The notes under the pieces: generated by a model | What the model saw: the letters and a program-made list of their open reading frames with translations, nothing else | The model's database searches: none | Told to the model about the DNA's origin: nothing | Part shown: piece after piece, positions 9,646 to 19,546 of the stretch | Layout: each line of letters opens with the position of its first letter | Numbering within the stretch: the first letter of the stretch is position 1 | Program-made: the position numbers and the translations under genes | Source of the DNA: an uncultured Gammaproteobacteria bacterium | GTDB taxonomy: Bacteria > Patescibacteriota > Patescibacteriia > Magasanikbacterales > GWA2-37-8 | Direction: 5' to 3' | Length of the DNA stretch: 64,000 nt | Assembly (NCBI GenBank): GCA_964596525.1 | Contig: CAZQUL010000001.1 | Coordinates: 460,830-524,829 of the forward strand

Positions 9646-11712
9646 TTGTTGAATAGCGCGGTTATGCCTATCAATTTTGAACGAGGACTCAACCCTGAAC
9701 AGCTTACGGTCGTTACCCACGGTGATGGACCATGCTTAGTTTTGGCTGGGGCGGGAAGTGGTAAAACGCGCGTCATTACCTACCGCGTCGCGTATCTCCT
9801 CGAACAAGGCGTGCACCCGAATGAAATACTCCTCGTGACGTTCACCAACAAAGCGGCCGAAGAAATGAAGCATCGTATCCATCATCTGGTCACGGGGAAA
9901 GAATCGTCTGATCGTAAGAAAATAATTCCCTGGTCTGGAACGTTCCACCATATTGCGTACCGGCTGCTCAGCATGTACGGCGGCGTGCTCGGGTATAAAA
10001 CTATCACGATCCTCGATAGCGATGACAGTGAATCCCTCCTCAAGCTCTGCGTCAAAGAATCTAAGCCTGACTCCGAAGAGCGTTTTCCGTCCCCCAAAGT
10101 TATTGGATCGCTCATTTCGTACGCGGCCAATGCTGAGATAACGCTTGAGCAGGCGATCGATGAAAAAAATCCGGGCTGGTCACAGTTTATCAAACCCATT
10201 AAAACTATCGCCGAGCGCTATGCTATGCGCAAACGCGAAGCCTTCGCCATGGATTTCGACGATCTTCTTGTCAATCTGGTAAAACTACTCGGTGGTGAGC
10301 AGGTTCGCGAGCGCCTCGCCCATCAGTTTCGGTACATTCTCGTTGATGAGTACCAGGATACCAATAAATTGCAGGCCATCATTATCCGCCAGCTAGCGAG
10401 CGTGCACCGTAATGTTCTCGTGGTTGGTGATGATGCACAGAGCATCTACTCTTTCCGCGCGGCCGACATTGAGAATATCTTGCGCTTTGAGGATCAGTAT
10501 CCGGGGGCGCGCGTTTTTAAGCTGGAAACAAATTATCGGTCAACGTCGGAAATTTTGGCTGTAGCGAATGAGAGCATTTCTCACAACATTCATCAGTATA
10601 AAAAAGAACTCAAGAGTCTTGATAAACACGGTCCTAAGCCGGTCATCCGCCCGCTCCTTGACCAGAAAGCAGAAGCCGATTTCGTGGTACGCGAAATTGA
10701 AAAGCTGATCGATGAAGGAGTTAAGCCGTCGGAAATCGCCGTGCTGTTTAGAGCTGCGTTTCATGCGCAGATGCTCGAGCTTGAGTTGACGCGCTCGGGT
10801 ATTACCTATGATTACCGCGGGGGACTCAGGTTTTTTGAGCGTGCCCACGTTAAGGATGTGCTCGCGTATCTGCGCCTTCTTACCAACCTGGCTGACACCA
10901 CGGCGTGGTTGCGTGTCTTGCAGCACGAAGAAGGGATCGGGCCGGTGGCGGCGCAGAAAATCGCGGCGGCCATGAAAAACGTGAATACTCTCGCGGAGGT
11001 GCTCGAAACCGGACGCAAAACCCTGTCAGGCAAAGCGCTGGCCGGATTCGAAAAGTTCGGTGAAGTATGGAATGCGCTTGTTTCCGAAGCAAAACCAGAA
11101 ACGATTATCCAAGAACTTCTTGCCTCGCCATACCGCAGTTATCTCGATGTCACCTTTGTTGATAGTTCCGATCGCATCCAAGATATTGAGCAGCTCAAAA
11201 CGTTCGCGGCGCGCTACGAGAACCTGGCTGATTTTCTCGCCGAAGCGAGTTTGAACGAGCAGTTCGCCAAACCGGATGATGCGGTAAAATCAGCGGCTGA
11301 GCGTATCGTGCTGTCTACTATCCACCAGGCTAAAGGGCTCGAGTGGTCCGTCGTATTTGTCGTCAATCTTTCAAACGGTGCGTTTCCCAACGAGCGCGCG
11401 TTTAAAGAAGGCGGGCTCGAGGAAGAGCGCCGGTTATTTTACGTTGCCACGACGCGTGCCAAAGAGCGGCTGTATTTCACCTATCCGCTCGCAGGTGGAA
11501 ACTTCGGCGACATGCTTACGGTGCCAAGCATGTTTCTCGATGAATTCGACCGCGATTTATGTGACGATTTTTCGCTCCTCAAGAAACCAACCACATCGTT
11601 CCTTGATGATGGCGACGTCACCTATGTAAACGAAGATGAAGAATATGGTAATTCCTCAAAACCGCTTAAAATAAAACCGGGAAGTTTTTTGCGGAGTTTG
11701 GAAGATCTTTAG
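9646..11712 (+). CDS. UvrD/PcrA/Rep-family SF1 ATP-dependent DNA helicase
   Basis: Walker A LAGAGSGKTRV. Blocks LVTFTNKAA and VDEYQDTN. C-terminal UvrD-like helicase domain. Confidence 0.9.
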   Translation: MLNSAVMPINFERGLNPEQLTVVTHGDGPCLVLAGAGSGKTRVITYRVAYLLEQGVHPNEILLVTFTNKAAEEMKHRIHHLVTGKESSDRKKIIPWSGTFHHIAYRLLSMYGGVLGYKTITILDSDDSESLLKLCVKESKPDSEERFPSPKVIGSLISYAANAEITLEQAIDEKNPGWSQFIKPIKTIAERYAMRKREAFAMDFDDLLVNLVKLLGGEQVRERLAHQFRYILVDEYQDTNKLQAIIIRQLASVHRNVLVVGDDAQSIYSFRAADIENILRFEDQYPGARVFKLETNYRSTSEILAVANESISHNIHQYKKELKSLDKHGPKPVIRPLLDQKAEADFVVREIEKLIDEGVKPSEIAVLFRAAFHAQMLELELTRSGITYDYRGGLRFFERAHVKDVLAYLRLLTNLADTTAWLRVLQHEEGIGPVAAQKIAAAMKNVNTLAEVLETGRKTLSGKALAGFEKFGEVWNALVSEAKPETIIQELLASPYRSYLDVTFVDSSDRIQDIEQLKTFAARYENLADFLAEASLNEQFAKPDDAVKSAAERIVLSTIHQAKGLEWSVVFVVNLSNGAFPNERAFKEGGLEEERRLFYVATTRAKERLYFTYPLAGGNFGDMLTVPSMFLDEFDRDLCDDFSLLKKPTTSFLDDGDVTYVNEDEEYGNSSKPLKIKPGSFLRSLEDL

Positions 11713-11814
11713 ATACAAACGAATGATCTTGGTGTTTTTTCAGGCTATGAATTGAACGTGAGTGGTGCGACGTGAAAAATAAAATCAGCACAGCGGTGCT
11801 GATAGGTGCAAGTA

Positions 11815-12756
11815 CTATGAGTTGGGAAGAGTCTCGAACAACTTCTTCCCCAGTTCGGCGAGAAAATCTTTGCCGTACAAACCGTTCTCTAGGTCGCGCT
11901 CCAGAAATTCAGGAAGCGTTTCGTGGCGGGCATAGCGCAATGAGCCGATGCCCCAGGCCAACGCTGCAACCGTATCCGTATCGCCGCCCCAGGCAAGAAG
12001 GCGCCGCATCATTGCCATGAGGCCCGGCTCTTCGGTGAGAAGCGTCAGGACAGCTTGAGCTGTATTGATGCCACTGCCTGGGCCGTTATCTATGACAGGC
12101 GTTCCTGGCCAGCGTTCATGTGGGTTGAACTTCGGGTAGTGCGTTCGCTTCAGGTGTTTCGCCAGATAATCGGGCAATTCGGCGAACGTCGCGTTTTCGT
12201 ATACCGTAAAGTGCGTCATGAGCGCGATGAGTTCTGCTGCGCCGGTTCCGCCCGGTGAATTATGGGTGATGTGTGCATGCTCACGGCTCGCGCGCAGCAC
12301 GTCATTAGCGGTTGGCAAAAGCCCTATCGGTACCGAGCGCATAGCCGCCCCGTTTTTGGTACTGACCGCTTTAAGAGAAAGCAGGCGGAGCAGATGTTCT
12401 CCGGCACTTCGATCATCTGGGTCGCGACGGATTTTATCGAGCATGTGCCGGTAGTACGTGCTGTAACCGCTTCTCGGATCGCGGCGGTACGCCCGGACGA
12501 ACGACGTGACAAATTCACCGCCAGTAGCCGTTTTTCCACATTCAAGAAGAGTTTCGGCCGCCGCGATAGTCATCTGCGTGTCGTCGGTATAGCATCCTGG
12601 CGCACGCTCGGTAAACGTTGGGTGGTGTAGGTAGCGCTCGAAACGAAGCGCTTCCGCTTGATAGCGCTGATCAAATTCAGTCGCGATAGCGTAGGCATCG
12701 CCCATGGCGAGGTGTACGAGAAATCGCGTCTCTATAAAGATCGGTTTAGTTGACAT
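11815..12756 (-). CDS. ADP-ribosylglycohydrolase family protein
   Basis: Family-typical segments GDAYAIATEFD and CYTDDTQMT. Start chosen at MSTKPIF, which has an AAGGAGGAGG SD. The ORF track extends to 12810. Confidence 0.8.
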   Translation of the reverse strand: MSTKPIFIETRFLVHLAMGDAYAIATEFDQRYQAEALRFERYLHHPTFTERAPGCYTDDTQMTIAAAETLLECGKTATGGEFVTSFVRAYRRDPRSGYSTYYRHMLDKIRRDPDDRSAGEHLLRLLSLKAVSTKNGAAMRSVPIGLLPTANDVLRASREHAHITHNSPGGTGAAELIALMTHFTVYENATFAELPDYLAKHLKRTHYPKFNPHERWPGTPVIDNGPGSGINTAQAVLTLLTEEPGLMAMMRRLLAWGGDTDTVAALAWGIGSLRYARHETLPEFLERDLENGLYGKDFLAELGKKLFETLPNS

Positions 12757-12895
12757 GCTTTCCTCCTCCTTATGTGCAGGAACCCTAACAAGGGATTCTC
12801 GGTCTGTCAACGAACATGTTTTTCCAAACGGTCCGTTGCGTGTTTTTAATTTTCCGGTCTATACTACCCTTAGATTATTCTTAATCCCTGTCTAT

Positions 12896-13387
12896 ATGGA
12901 TAAGAAACTCACCAAAGGACTCATTGCCGGCGGTATTATCGGCGGGCTCGTCGCTAGTCTTTTTATGACCAAAAAAGGCAAACAGATCCGGCAGCAGGCT
13001 ATGGATTATGCCGAAGATCTATATGATGAAATGCGCAAACGCGCCGGAGAGCTTAGCGAACTTTCGTGGGATAAATTGGAAGAGGTGGCTAAAACCGTTG
13101 TGAAAGAATACGGTAAAAAGAAAGCCTGGGCCGTTGATGTGCAAGAAGATATCGTTGAGGGCATCAAAGAGCGTTGGTTAAGCTTTAAGGCGGATGAACT
13201 CTTTGATAAAGTCAAAGCGGAATATGCCGAAGCCAAACAGCAGACCAAGGAGAATTTTACCCGTATTGCGGAGGATATCGTTTCCGCTTATGCTGAAGAA
13301 AAGAAAATTGGCGCTCGGGCCAAGAACCAGTTGATGCGCGAGCTGCGCAAGCGCTATGCCGATCTCGCCGATGAGATCAGCGGCTAG
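12896..13387 (+). CDS. YtxH-domain general stress protein
   Basis: N-terminal GLIAGGIIGGLVASLFMTKKGKQIR matches the YtxH signature. The rest is charged and helical. Start placed at the internal ATG MDKKLTK. Confidence 0.7.
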   Translation: MDKKLTKGLIAGGIIGGLVASLFMTKKGKQIRQQAMDYAEDLYDEMRKRAGELSELSWDKLEEVAKTVVKEYGKKKAWAVDVQEDIVEGIKERWLSFKADELFDKVKAEYAEAKQQTKENFTRIAEDIVSAYAEEKKIGARAKNQLMRELRKRYADLADEISG

Positions 13388-13400
13388 CCGTGATACTACA

Positions 13401-13438
13401 TTAAAAAACTGCCGGGCATGCGCTCGGCAGTTTTTTAT
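13401..13438. terminator. Bidirectional intrinsic terminator between convergent genes
   Basis: A-run, then ctgccg-ggcatgcgct-cggcag, then T-run. Confidence 0.6.
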
Positions 13439-13445
13439 AGTACGT

Positions 13446-13748
13446 TTAAACCGCATTGATAACGGTTGTGATGTATTCTTCCACAAGCGGGGTAACGGTT
13501 TTTTCGATCATGGCCTTGAATTCTTCGGCCGAGAAGGTTTTCTCTAAAAAGAGCAGAGCACGATCCGGACGCTTATCTTTAAGAAAGGAAAGTAGGGTGA
13601 CTTTTTCCGCATCCGGCAGCCGGACGGCCTGCTCCACGATAAAGGTGTACATGGTGGTAGTGAGGAGTTCGTCGGCCATTTTTGATTTTTGGTCGGCGGC
13701 GATGGGCAGTTCGGCGAAGAGGGGGAGAAAAGGATTGTTCATAGGCAT
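13446..13748 (-). CDS. Hypothetical protein (100 aa)
   Basis: ORF downstream of sod on the same strand. No recognisable domain. Confidence 0.45.
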   Translation of the reverse strand: MPMNNPFLPLFAELPIAADQKSKMADELLTTTMYTFIVEQAVRLPDAEKVTLLSFLKDKRPDRALLFLEKTFSAEEFKAMIEKTVTPLVEEYITTVINAV

Positions 13749-13758
13749 GCGCTATGCT

Positions 13759-13980
13759 TTAGGCGGCGTAGAGCGAGATGAGTGTGTCGCGGGTAGTTTC
13801 GCTGAGAGCGGTGGTGGAGAGCGGTGCAATTCCGCGGTTGAGTTCCGGTGTCGTGGCGGCCAGGCGGCGGAAGCGGTCTTCAATGAAATCCGCATGGTGC
13901 TTGGCGAGCGCTTCTTTGTTTATTTCTCTCTGCTCTTTCGTGTGTGTACCAATAGTTTCATGATGTCGTACGTGTTCCAT
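13759..13980 (-). CDS. Hypothetical protein (73 aa)
   Basis: ORF immediately downstream of sod on the same strand. Confidence 0.4.
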   Translation of the reverse strand: MEHVRHHETIGTHTKEQREINKEALAKHHADFIEDRFRRLAATTPELNRGIAPLSTTALSETTRDTLISLYAA

Positions 13981-13991
13981 AAGAAATGATA

Positions 13992-14576
13992 TTAGGCGTT
14001 CGAAATGCGGTTATCAGCGACGCTCCAGTCTACGGCCTTCATGAAGGCGGCGATATAGTCGGCGCGTTTGGTGCCGTAGTCAAGAAAGAAAGCGTGTTCG
14101 AATACGTCCATGATGAGAACCGGTGTCGCACCGGCAAAGTGACCGGTGTCGTGTTCGTTCACCCAGACGTTAAAGAGGCGGTCGGCGGTTTTGTCGTAGT
14201 ACATGATGGCCCAGCCGATGCCGCGCATACTCCCGGTTGCCTGGAATTCTTTTTGCCAGTAGTTGAACGTGCCGAAATCTTTTTCGATTTTGGCATGGAG
14301 CGGACTGCCGGAGGCAAGCTCCTTGCCACCTGCCACCATGTTGCCAAAATAGAGTTCGTGGAGGCGCATGCCATTGAATTCCCAGCCGAGGCGGCGTTTC
14401 ATTTCGGCGAAGGCCGGGGTGGTCGCTTGGTCGGTATCGACGAGTTTTTTGAGTTCGTCAGTGAGTTTGTTGGTATTGGTGACGTAGCCTTGGTAAAGCG
14501 TAAAGTGCGTCTCAAGAGCTTTGTCCGAGAAGCCAGGGGTGCCGAGCAGATGGTCGAATTTAAGCGGAGTGTACAT
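13992..14576 (-). CDS. Fe/Mn superoxide dismutase
   Basis: MYTPLKFDHLLGTPGFSDKALETHFTLYQGYV... with DVFEHAF and WNVVNW-type blocks. 194 aa. Confidence 0.9.
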   Translation of the reverse strand: MYTPLKFDHLLGTPGFSDKALETHFTLYQGYVTNTNKLTDELKKLVDTDQATTPAFAEMKRRLGWEFNGMRLHELYFGNMVAGGKELASGSPLHAKIEKDFGTFNYWQKEFQATGSMRGIGWAIMYYDKTADRLFNVWVNEHDTGHFAGATPVLIMDVFEHAFFLDYGTKRADYIAAFMKAVDWSVADNRISNA

Positions 14577-14613
14577 ACGACAGGTGTGTGGCTAGTTATG
14601 AAGTGAATGTCGA

Positions 14614-14641
14614 ACAAAACCGACACCGGGGTGCGGTGTCG
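14614..14641 (-). terminator. Intrinsic terminator downstream of the lipoprotein gene
   Basis: Stem cgacaccg/cggtgtcg, with a T-run on the minus strand (A-run on top). Confidence 0.5.
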
Positions 14642-14654
14642 ATAGTGTAGCATG

Positions 14655-15302
14655 TTACTTGGTGAAGGTGAACGTTTTGAGGATCCGGGTGAAGTAACCG
14701 AGCTGTTCCTGTTCGGCAAGAGCCTGAGGTTTCATGCTGGTTTTGAGTACGTCCCCAATGTAGGAGAGTTTAATGACGAAGGTCTCCGTAGCAGTGCGGG
14801 GAATGTAGACGTATTTCATGTTGATGCCCTCGGCGCCGACATTAAACTGGTAGGCTTCTTTGCCGGCAACGCTTATGACATCCATGAAACCAGCGGGAAG
14901 TGGCGCTTTTTTGGTGAAGGCTTCATACGTCGTGGCAAACGTTGGATTGTCTTTTTTCATGGCATCCATGAGAGACGAGGTGGCACGACGCTGAATTTCT
15001 ACCTGGAACGGATGGGTGTGTTCGTTACCAGGGATGCCTGAAGGGTTGTCGGTAACCGAGTATACGGATTTAAGAACGTAATCATTCGCCGCATCCGCGC
15101 CGGTCGATCCGGTGAAGAGTGTGGCGTGAATGAAGGTGTAGCCGGCATTATTATCAGTCACGCGGGTTTCCAGTTTGCCGGGTTCTTGCGTGGTAGAAGT
15201 GGGGGTAGTAGTGGTTGGGGTGGTGGTAGTACTGCTGCCGCAGCCAGCGCCGCCGACAATGAGTAGAAGGGCGATAAAGCCGACAAGAGGATATGTACGC
15301 AT
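14655..15302 (-). CDS. Putative lipoprotein
   Basis: Signal peptide with LLIVGGAGC lipobox-like cysteine, then a Thr-rich linker TTTTPTTTTPTSTT. Confidence 0.6.
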   Translation of the reverse strand: MRTYPLVGFIALLLIVGGAGCGSSTTTTPTTTTPTSTTQEPGKLETRVTDNNAGYTFIHATLFTGSTGADAANDYVLKSVYSVTDNPSGIPGNEHTHPFQVEIQRRATSSLMDAMKKDNPTFATTYEAFTKKAPLPAGFMDVISVAGKEAYQFNVGAEGINMKYVYIPRTATETFVIKLSYIGDVLKTSMKPQALAEQEQLGYFTRILKTFTFTK

Positions 15303-15349
15303 ACTAAAAGGTTAAGGCCGGCTTGCAGTTGAACCGGCAAGCCGTTGGG

Positions 15350-15940
15350 TTAAATTTTGCCCACCAAATCAAGTCCGGGTTTGAGAGTCTTGGCACCGGG
15401 TTTCCAGTTGGCGGGGCAGACTTCGCCGCCGTGTTCACGAACATATTGGGCGGCTTCGAGCTTGCGAATAAGTTCTGTGGCGCTTCGACCGATGGAGTTG
15501 TCGTGTACCTCATACGCTTTAAGCACACCTTCGGGATCGATGATGAACGTGCCGCGCAGCGCAAGGCCTTCGGCGGGAATATAGACGCCGTATTCGCGGG
15601 AGATGGCACTAGTTGGATCGGCAACCATGGGGAAGGTAATTTTCTTGATGGCCGGCGAATTGTCATGCCAGGCTTTGTGTACGAACACCGTGTCGGTCGA
15701 AACGCTCAAGACTTCGGTGTTAAGGCGTTTAAACTCGGCGTAGTGATCGGCCAAATCTTCGAGTTCCGTAGGACATACGAAGGTAAAATCCGCTGGGTAG
15801 AAAAACACTATAATCCATTTGCCGCGGAAATCGGAGAGCTTCATTTTTTTGATTTTATTTTCGTGAAAAGCCTCGAATGCCAAGTCAGTGACGGTTTCGC
15901 CGATAACAGGATGTTTGTTAATCTGGGCCGTTTGTTCCAT
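15350..15940 (-). CDS. ahpC: 2-Cys peroxiredoxin (AhpC/TSA family)
   Basis: Peroxidatic-Cys motif FTFVCPTEL and resolving-Cys motif EVCPANW. Confidence 0.88.
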   Translation of the reverse strand: MEQTAQINKHPVIGETVTDLAFEAFHENKIKKMKLSDFRGKWIIVFFYPADFTFVCPTELEDLADHYAEFKRLNTEVLSVSTDTVFVHKAWHDNSPAIKKITFPMVADPTSAISREYGVYIPAEGLALRGTFIIDPEGVLKAYEVHDNSIGRSATELIRKLEAAQYVREHGGEVCPANWKPGAKTLKPGLDLVGKI

Positions 15941-16040
15941 ACAGGAGGTAATTAAGAATAGTTTTATAGTGCTAGTGTACGAAAAAAACAGGCGTGCGTC
16001 AATCGTGTCTGTAGATGTCTTTTTGGCTCTGTTAAGCTTC

Positions 16041-16889
16041 TTAGACGTTGAAAAAACGTTTCACTGCCACGCCGATGCCGAAGTTGATGGTGCCGACGAC
16101 AATGCTGATGCCGAGCATTTCCAGGAATCGTTTTTTGAAAGAGATGTTCTTGACTACGCTCGTATAGAAATTGAAGATCGCGATGATGGCAATAACGAAC
16201 GCGATGGTGATGGCAAGGGCTGCCCACGGGTTATGCAAGAAAAAGTATGGTGCAACCAAAAGAATCGTGGTGATGGTGTAGGACCCGCCGGTAACTAAGC
16301 CGGCAATAAGCGGATTGTCATGGTTTCCTTCGCGGGCCGAGAGGTACGATGCCGAAGCCATGGAAAGCGAGGCGGCAAGCCCGGTAATGAGACCAACAGT
16401 CGCGACGAGGCGCGGTTCGGCGAGTGCGAGGGTAAAACCAATAAGGGCACCGGTAAGTTCGATGAGCGCGTCATTGAGACCAAGAATAACGGAGCTCGCA
16501 TATTCAAGTGCGTGGGTGTTGATAAGGCTTAAGAGCTCTTGTTCGTGAGCGTGTTCTTCTTCTACCACTTTGGCGAGTGCCGGGTAGGTGGCCACCAGAT
16601 TGCCGTAAGTGGCCTGCGCGTTTCCCTCGCCCTGCTCCATGAGTTTGAGGCCAAAACTTAAACCAAAAATACGCGCGATGGTCGTGTAGATCGCGATTTT
16701 CAATCGATCTGGTTGCACTTCCTGTTTGGTGATGCTTTTCCAGACTTCGTGATGCCCGCGCTCTTCTTTGGCGATGCGGGCGATGATGGCGGCGTTGTGC
16801 GGATTGGAAGTGAGCTTGGCGAGGCGTTCGTACACGATGCATTCGGATAATTCCGCGCGTTGCAGTTTAAGGAGAGCGGGAGTTTCCAT
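16041..16889 (-). CDS. Ferritin-like (erythrin) domain fused to a VIT1/CCC1 iron-transporter domain (MbfA-like)
   Basis: N-terminal rubrerythrin-like four-helix segment (EERGHHEVW...EEHAHEQ), then about 5 TM helices of the VIT family. Confidence 0.78.
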   Translation of the reverse strand: METPALLKLQRAELSECIVYERLAKLTSNPHNAAIIARIAKEERGHHEVWKSITKQEVQPDRLKIAIYTTIARIFGLSFGLKLMEQGEGNAQATYGNLVATYPALAKVVEEEHAHEQELLSLINTHALEYASSVILGLNDALIELTGALIGFTLALAEPRLVATVGLITGLAASLSMASASYLSAREGNHDNPLIAGLVTGGSYTITTILLVAPYFFLHNPWAALAITIAFVIAIIAIFNFYTSVVKNISFKKRFLEMLGISIVVGTINFGIGVAVKRFFNV

Positions 16890-16894
16890 AGTAG

Positions 16895-17614
16895 TTAGGG
16901 AGAGTTAAGCGCGGTATCGGCTTTGACGATGACGTGCACGACACGGGTTGTAGTTTTACCGCGTTTTTTTTGGGCAACGAAGGTGAGGTTGTTAAGGCCG
17001 TAGGTAAGAGTGAGGGGTACGCGGAAGGAGCGTTTGCTGTCGAGCGTCAATTCTTGGCCGTTGAGGGTGAGTTTGGTGCCGGGCGAGGTGGTGCCTTCGA
17101 CGGTGATGGTTTTTTCGCGGACGATCATTCCGTCTTCGGGACTAACGAGGGCGAGGACAGGCGGCTCGGCGATAGTTTTGACCTGCCAGCCCAAATAACC
17201 AATGAAGAGCATGATTACCGCAGCTACGGCCGCATTACGGATGAAGAGCGACACCGTGGCGCGCGAGAGATTTTTGATGGGTGTCAGGATAGTTTTTTTT
17301 GGTTCATGAGAAAGGTCACTTAATCCTTGTTCATGCAAGAATTGTTCGGCGCACTCTAGGGGGTTGAGTCCAAGTATAGTGGCGTACTGGCGCACGTAGG
17401 CTAAACGGTGGGCGCGCGCTTTGGGGAGTTGCTCAAAACGCCCGGCTTCGAGGGCCTGGATGTACTTGGCGGGAATAACACCGGCAAGTTCGCGGCTTGC
17501 CACCGACCAACCGCGTTCTTCGCGGCGGCTACGAAAAATATCTGGCAGGCGTTCGGGTTTTTTGAGAGGTTTATAGCAGAATACAGCCATAGAAGCACCT
17601 ATTCTAGCGGACAC
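16895..17614 (-). CDS. RodZ-like helix-turn-helix membrane protein
   Basis: HTH (XRE-type) N-terminus, conserved YVRQYATILGLNP-type RodZ block, one TM helix and a periplasmic C-terminal domain. Confidence 0.6.
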   Translation of the reverse strand: MSARIGASMAVFCYKPLKKPERLPDIFRSRREERGWSVASRELAGVIPAKYIQALEAGRFEQLPKARAHRLAYVRQYATILGLNPLECAEQFLHEQGLSDLSHEPKKTILTPIKNLSRATVSLFIRNAAVAAVIMLFIGYLGWQVKTIAEPPVLALVSPEDGMIVREKTITVEGTTSPGTKLTLNGQELTLDSKRSFRVPLTLTYGLNNLTFVAQKKRGKTTTRVVHVIVKADTALNSP

Positions 17615-17702
17615 ATTATCATACGAAGTATAGCCGAAATTTTCAGCACGGGCAACAACATATCCTCGTAATTATAAAATTCGACTGGGGCCAGTCGAAT
17701 TG

Positions 17703-18545
17703 TTAGGGAGTGATGACGCAGGGGAAACGCAGCCTCGTCCCGGGCTTAAACCGGTTGAGCTCTTGCCGCGTGACCGGCTGCCAGATATTATCTTGCCAGA
17801 CCTTCATCTGCGGCGCAGCCACCGAGGGTGTCGTGCTGCAGTGAGTGGCAAGAAGGGCGCGGACGTTATCGCCCTCCTTGAGGGTGTAAACGTTGTTGTC
17901 GGCAGGTGCCACCACAGGGATTTGCGCTTTGTGCACCGCAGGAGCTTGTGGTGCACTCGGCGGCGCTGGGGCCGTCAGCGCTGGCAGGAGGGAAAGCAGA
18001 CGCTCATTGAGCACCTTGAGCTTCTGTGTCTCGCTCTGGAGTGCTGCAGCTCTCTGTTCCAAAGAAACGAAAGAAGCTTCTTGCTGCCGTGCGGTTTTGC
18101 GCGCGCCGCTCACCGTTGCGTAGCTCACAATGCATAGTGCGACGAGGTTGGCTGGTAGCAGGATGAGCGCAAGAAGGGCGCTCGTGCGACGGATCCGCAT
18201 CCAGCGAGGGCTATCGTAAACTTCTTGTTCAGCCATGGCGCGCATGTTGCTTAGCGTGGCACGGGAATCATGAATTTTCGTCGGCCGCTTAGAGCGATCC
18301 GAAATTTGGGTCGCGTCATCTGGAGTTGAGACCAATGGAGCGGTCGATCGGTCGATCGGCGCCGTGGAAATTGGTTCGCGCACGGGGTGGAGTCCGGGCC
18401 GAGAAAGGCCTTGCTCATCTTCTTCCGGTTCTGCTTCCTTGTCTGATGACATGTTTCTATCTGGCCCAAGACCAGCGAAGGTCCTGCGAGACTCTTCGGT
18501 TGCGTCTTCGGTGTCAATCGCGTGCGGCGCTGCATGCTCGCGCAT
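17703..18545 (-). CDS. Hypothetical single-pass membrane protein, possibly with a C-terminal LysM-like segment
   Basis: Acidic N-terminus, TM helix LLALILLPANLVALCIV, coiled-coil stretch, then C-terminal YTLKEGDNVRALLA. Confidence 0.45.
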   Translation of the reverse strand: MREHAAPHAIDTEDATEESRRTFAGLGPDRNMSSDKEAEPEEDEQGLSRPGLHPVREPISTAPIDRSTAPLVSTPDDATQISDRSKRPTKIHDSRATLSNMRAMAEQEVYDSPRWMRIRRTSALLALILLPANLVALCIVSYATVSGARKTARQQEASFVSLEQRAAALQSETQKLKVLNERLLSLLPALTAPAPPSAPQAPAVHKAQIPVVAPADNNVYTLKEGDNVRALLATHCSTTPSVAAPQMKVWQDNIWQPVTRQELNRFKPGTRLRFPCVITP

Positions 18546-18679
18546 TGTTTCCTCCTATTGTTAGGCTGGTTATCCTTTAGCATGGGTAGGGGGGTTTGTC
18601 AATTCCTCGGGCCTTCTTTGACAGTCGCGGGCGCGGTTGTTATGTTTTCTAGAAGAGCTTTACTTCTTACTTATTTTAT

Positions 18680-19546
18680 ATGGACCGTTCGTTTGCCGCC
18701 CTTATGCGGCATTTCGCCGAACGTATGGATGGTCGTGAAGCAGCGCTTCTTGTAGAACGAGTTACCGGTACAGGGCGTGATTGGTGGTACGCTTATCCCG
18801 AAGCTACGTTATCGTGGCGGCAATACGTACACTTGAAATATCTGGTATCGCGCCGCCGCACGGGTGTGCCGCTCGCGTATCTCACGGGCCATAAAGAGTT
18901 TTGTGGCTTGGACTTTGCAGTGACGCATCATACGCTTGTGCCGCGCGCCGAGACCGAAACCATGGTCGAAGCCGCGCTCGAAATTATCAAGAATTGGGGC
19001 GCTGTCCATCCTGAGCGGAACATCGAGCTCATCGACGTTGGTACTGGCAGCGGCTGCATTCCGGTAAGCATTACCAAAAAAACTCCGCACCCGCTCGCAT
19101 TTGTTGGTGCGACGGATATTTCGCGCGGGGCACTGCGCGTAGCTCGCTCCAATGCCGAACAACATACGGTGGCCCTCGAAGCGCGGCGCGGCCATCTGCT
19201 TAAACCGTTTGTAAATCGGTTTGCTGCCGCGAATACCGGTTTTATTATCACCGCCAATCTGCCCTACCTTACTCAAGAAGAATTTTGGGAAGAGGGTAGT
19301 ATACACCATGAGCCATTTACAGCGCTGGTTGCGGCACATGAAGGGTTGGCATTATACGAACAGCTGCTCGTGCAGATACAAAAAATGCGAACGAAGAATC
19401 CGTTTCCGTTCGCAGTGCTTATGGAAATCAATCCCGCACAGTCCAAGCCGTTGCGCGCTCTTGTTGCGCGCTACCTGTCGTCTGGCATCGTTACGACGCG
19501 TAACGATTTGTGCGGGCGTGAACGCATCGTTGTAGTACAGCAATAA
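18680..19546 (+). CDS. prmC: Release-factor glutamine N5-methyltransferase PrmC/HemK
   Basis: SAM motif IDVGTGSGCI, NPPY-type motif ITANLPYL and the HTLVPRAETE block. Confidence 0.85.
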   Translation: MDRSFAALMRHFAERMDGREAALLVERVTGTGRDWWYAYPEATLSWRQYVHLKYLVSRRRTGVPLAYLTGHKEFCGLDFAVTHHTLVPRAETETMVEAALEIIKNWGAVHPERNIELIDVGTGSGCIPVSITKKTPHPLAFVGATDISRGALRVARSNAEQHTVALEARRGHLLKPFVNRFAAANTGFIITANLPYLTQEEFWEEGSIHHEPFTALVAAHEGLALYEQLLVQIQKMRTKNPFPFAVLMEINPAQSKPLRALVARYLSSGIVTTRNDLCGRERIVVVQQ

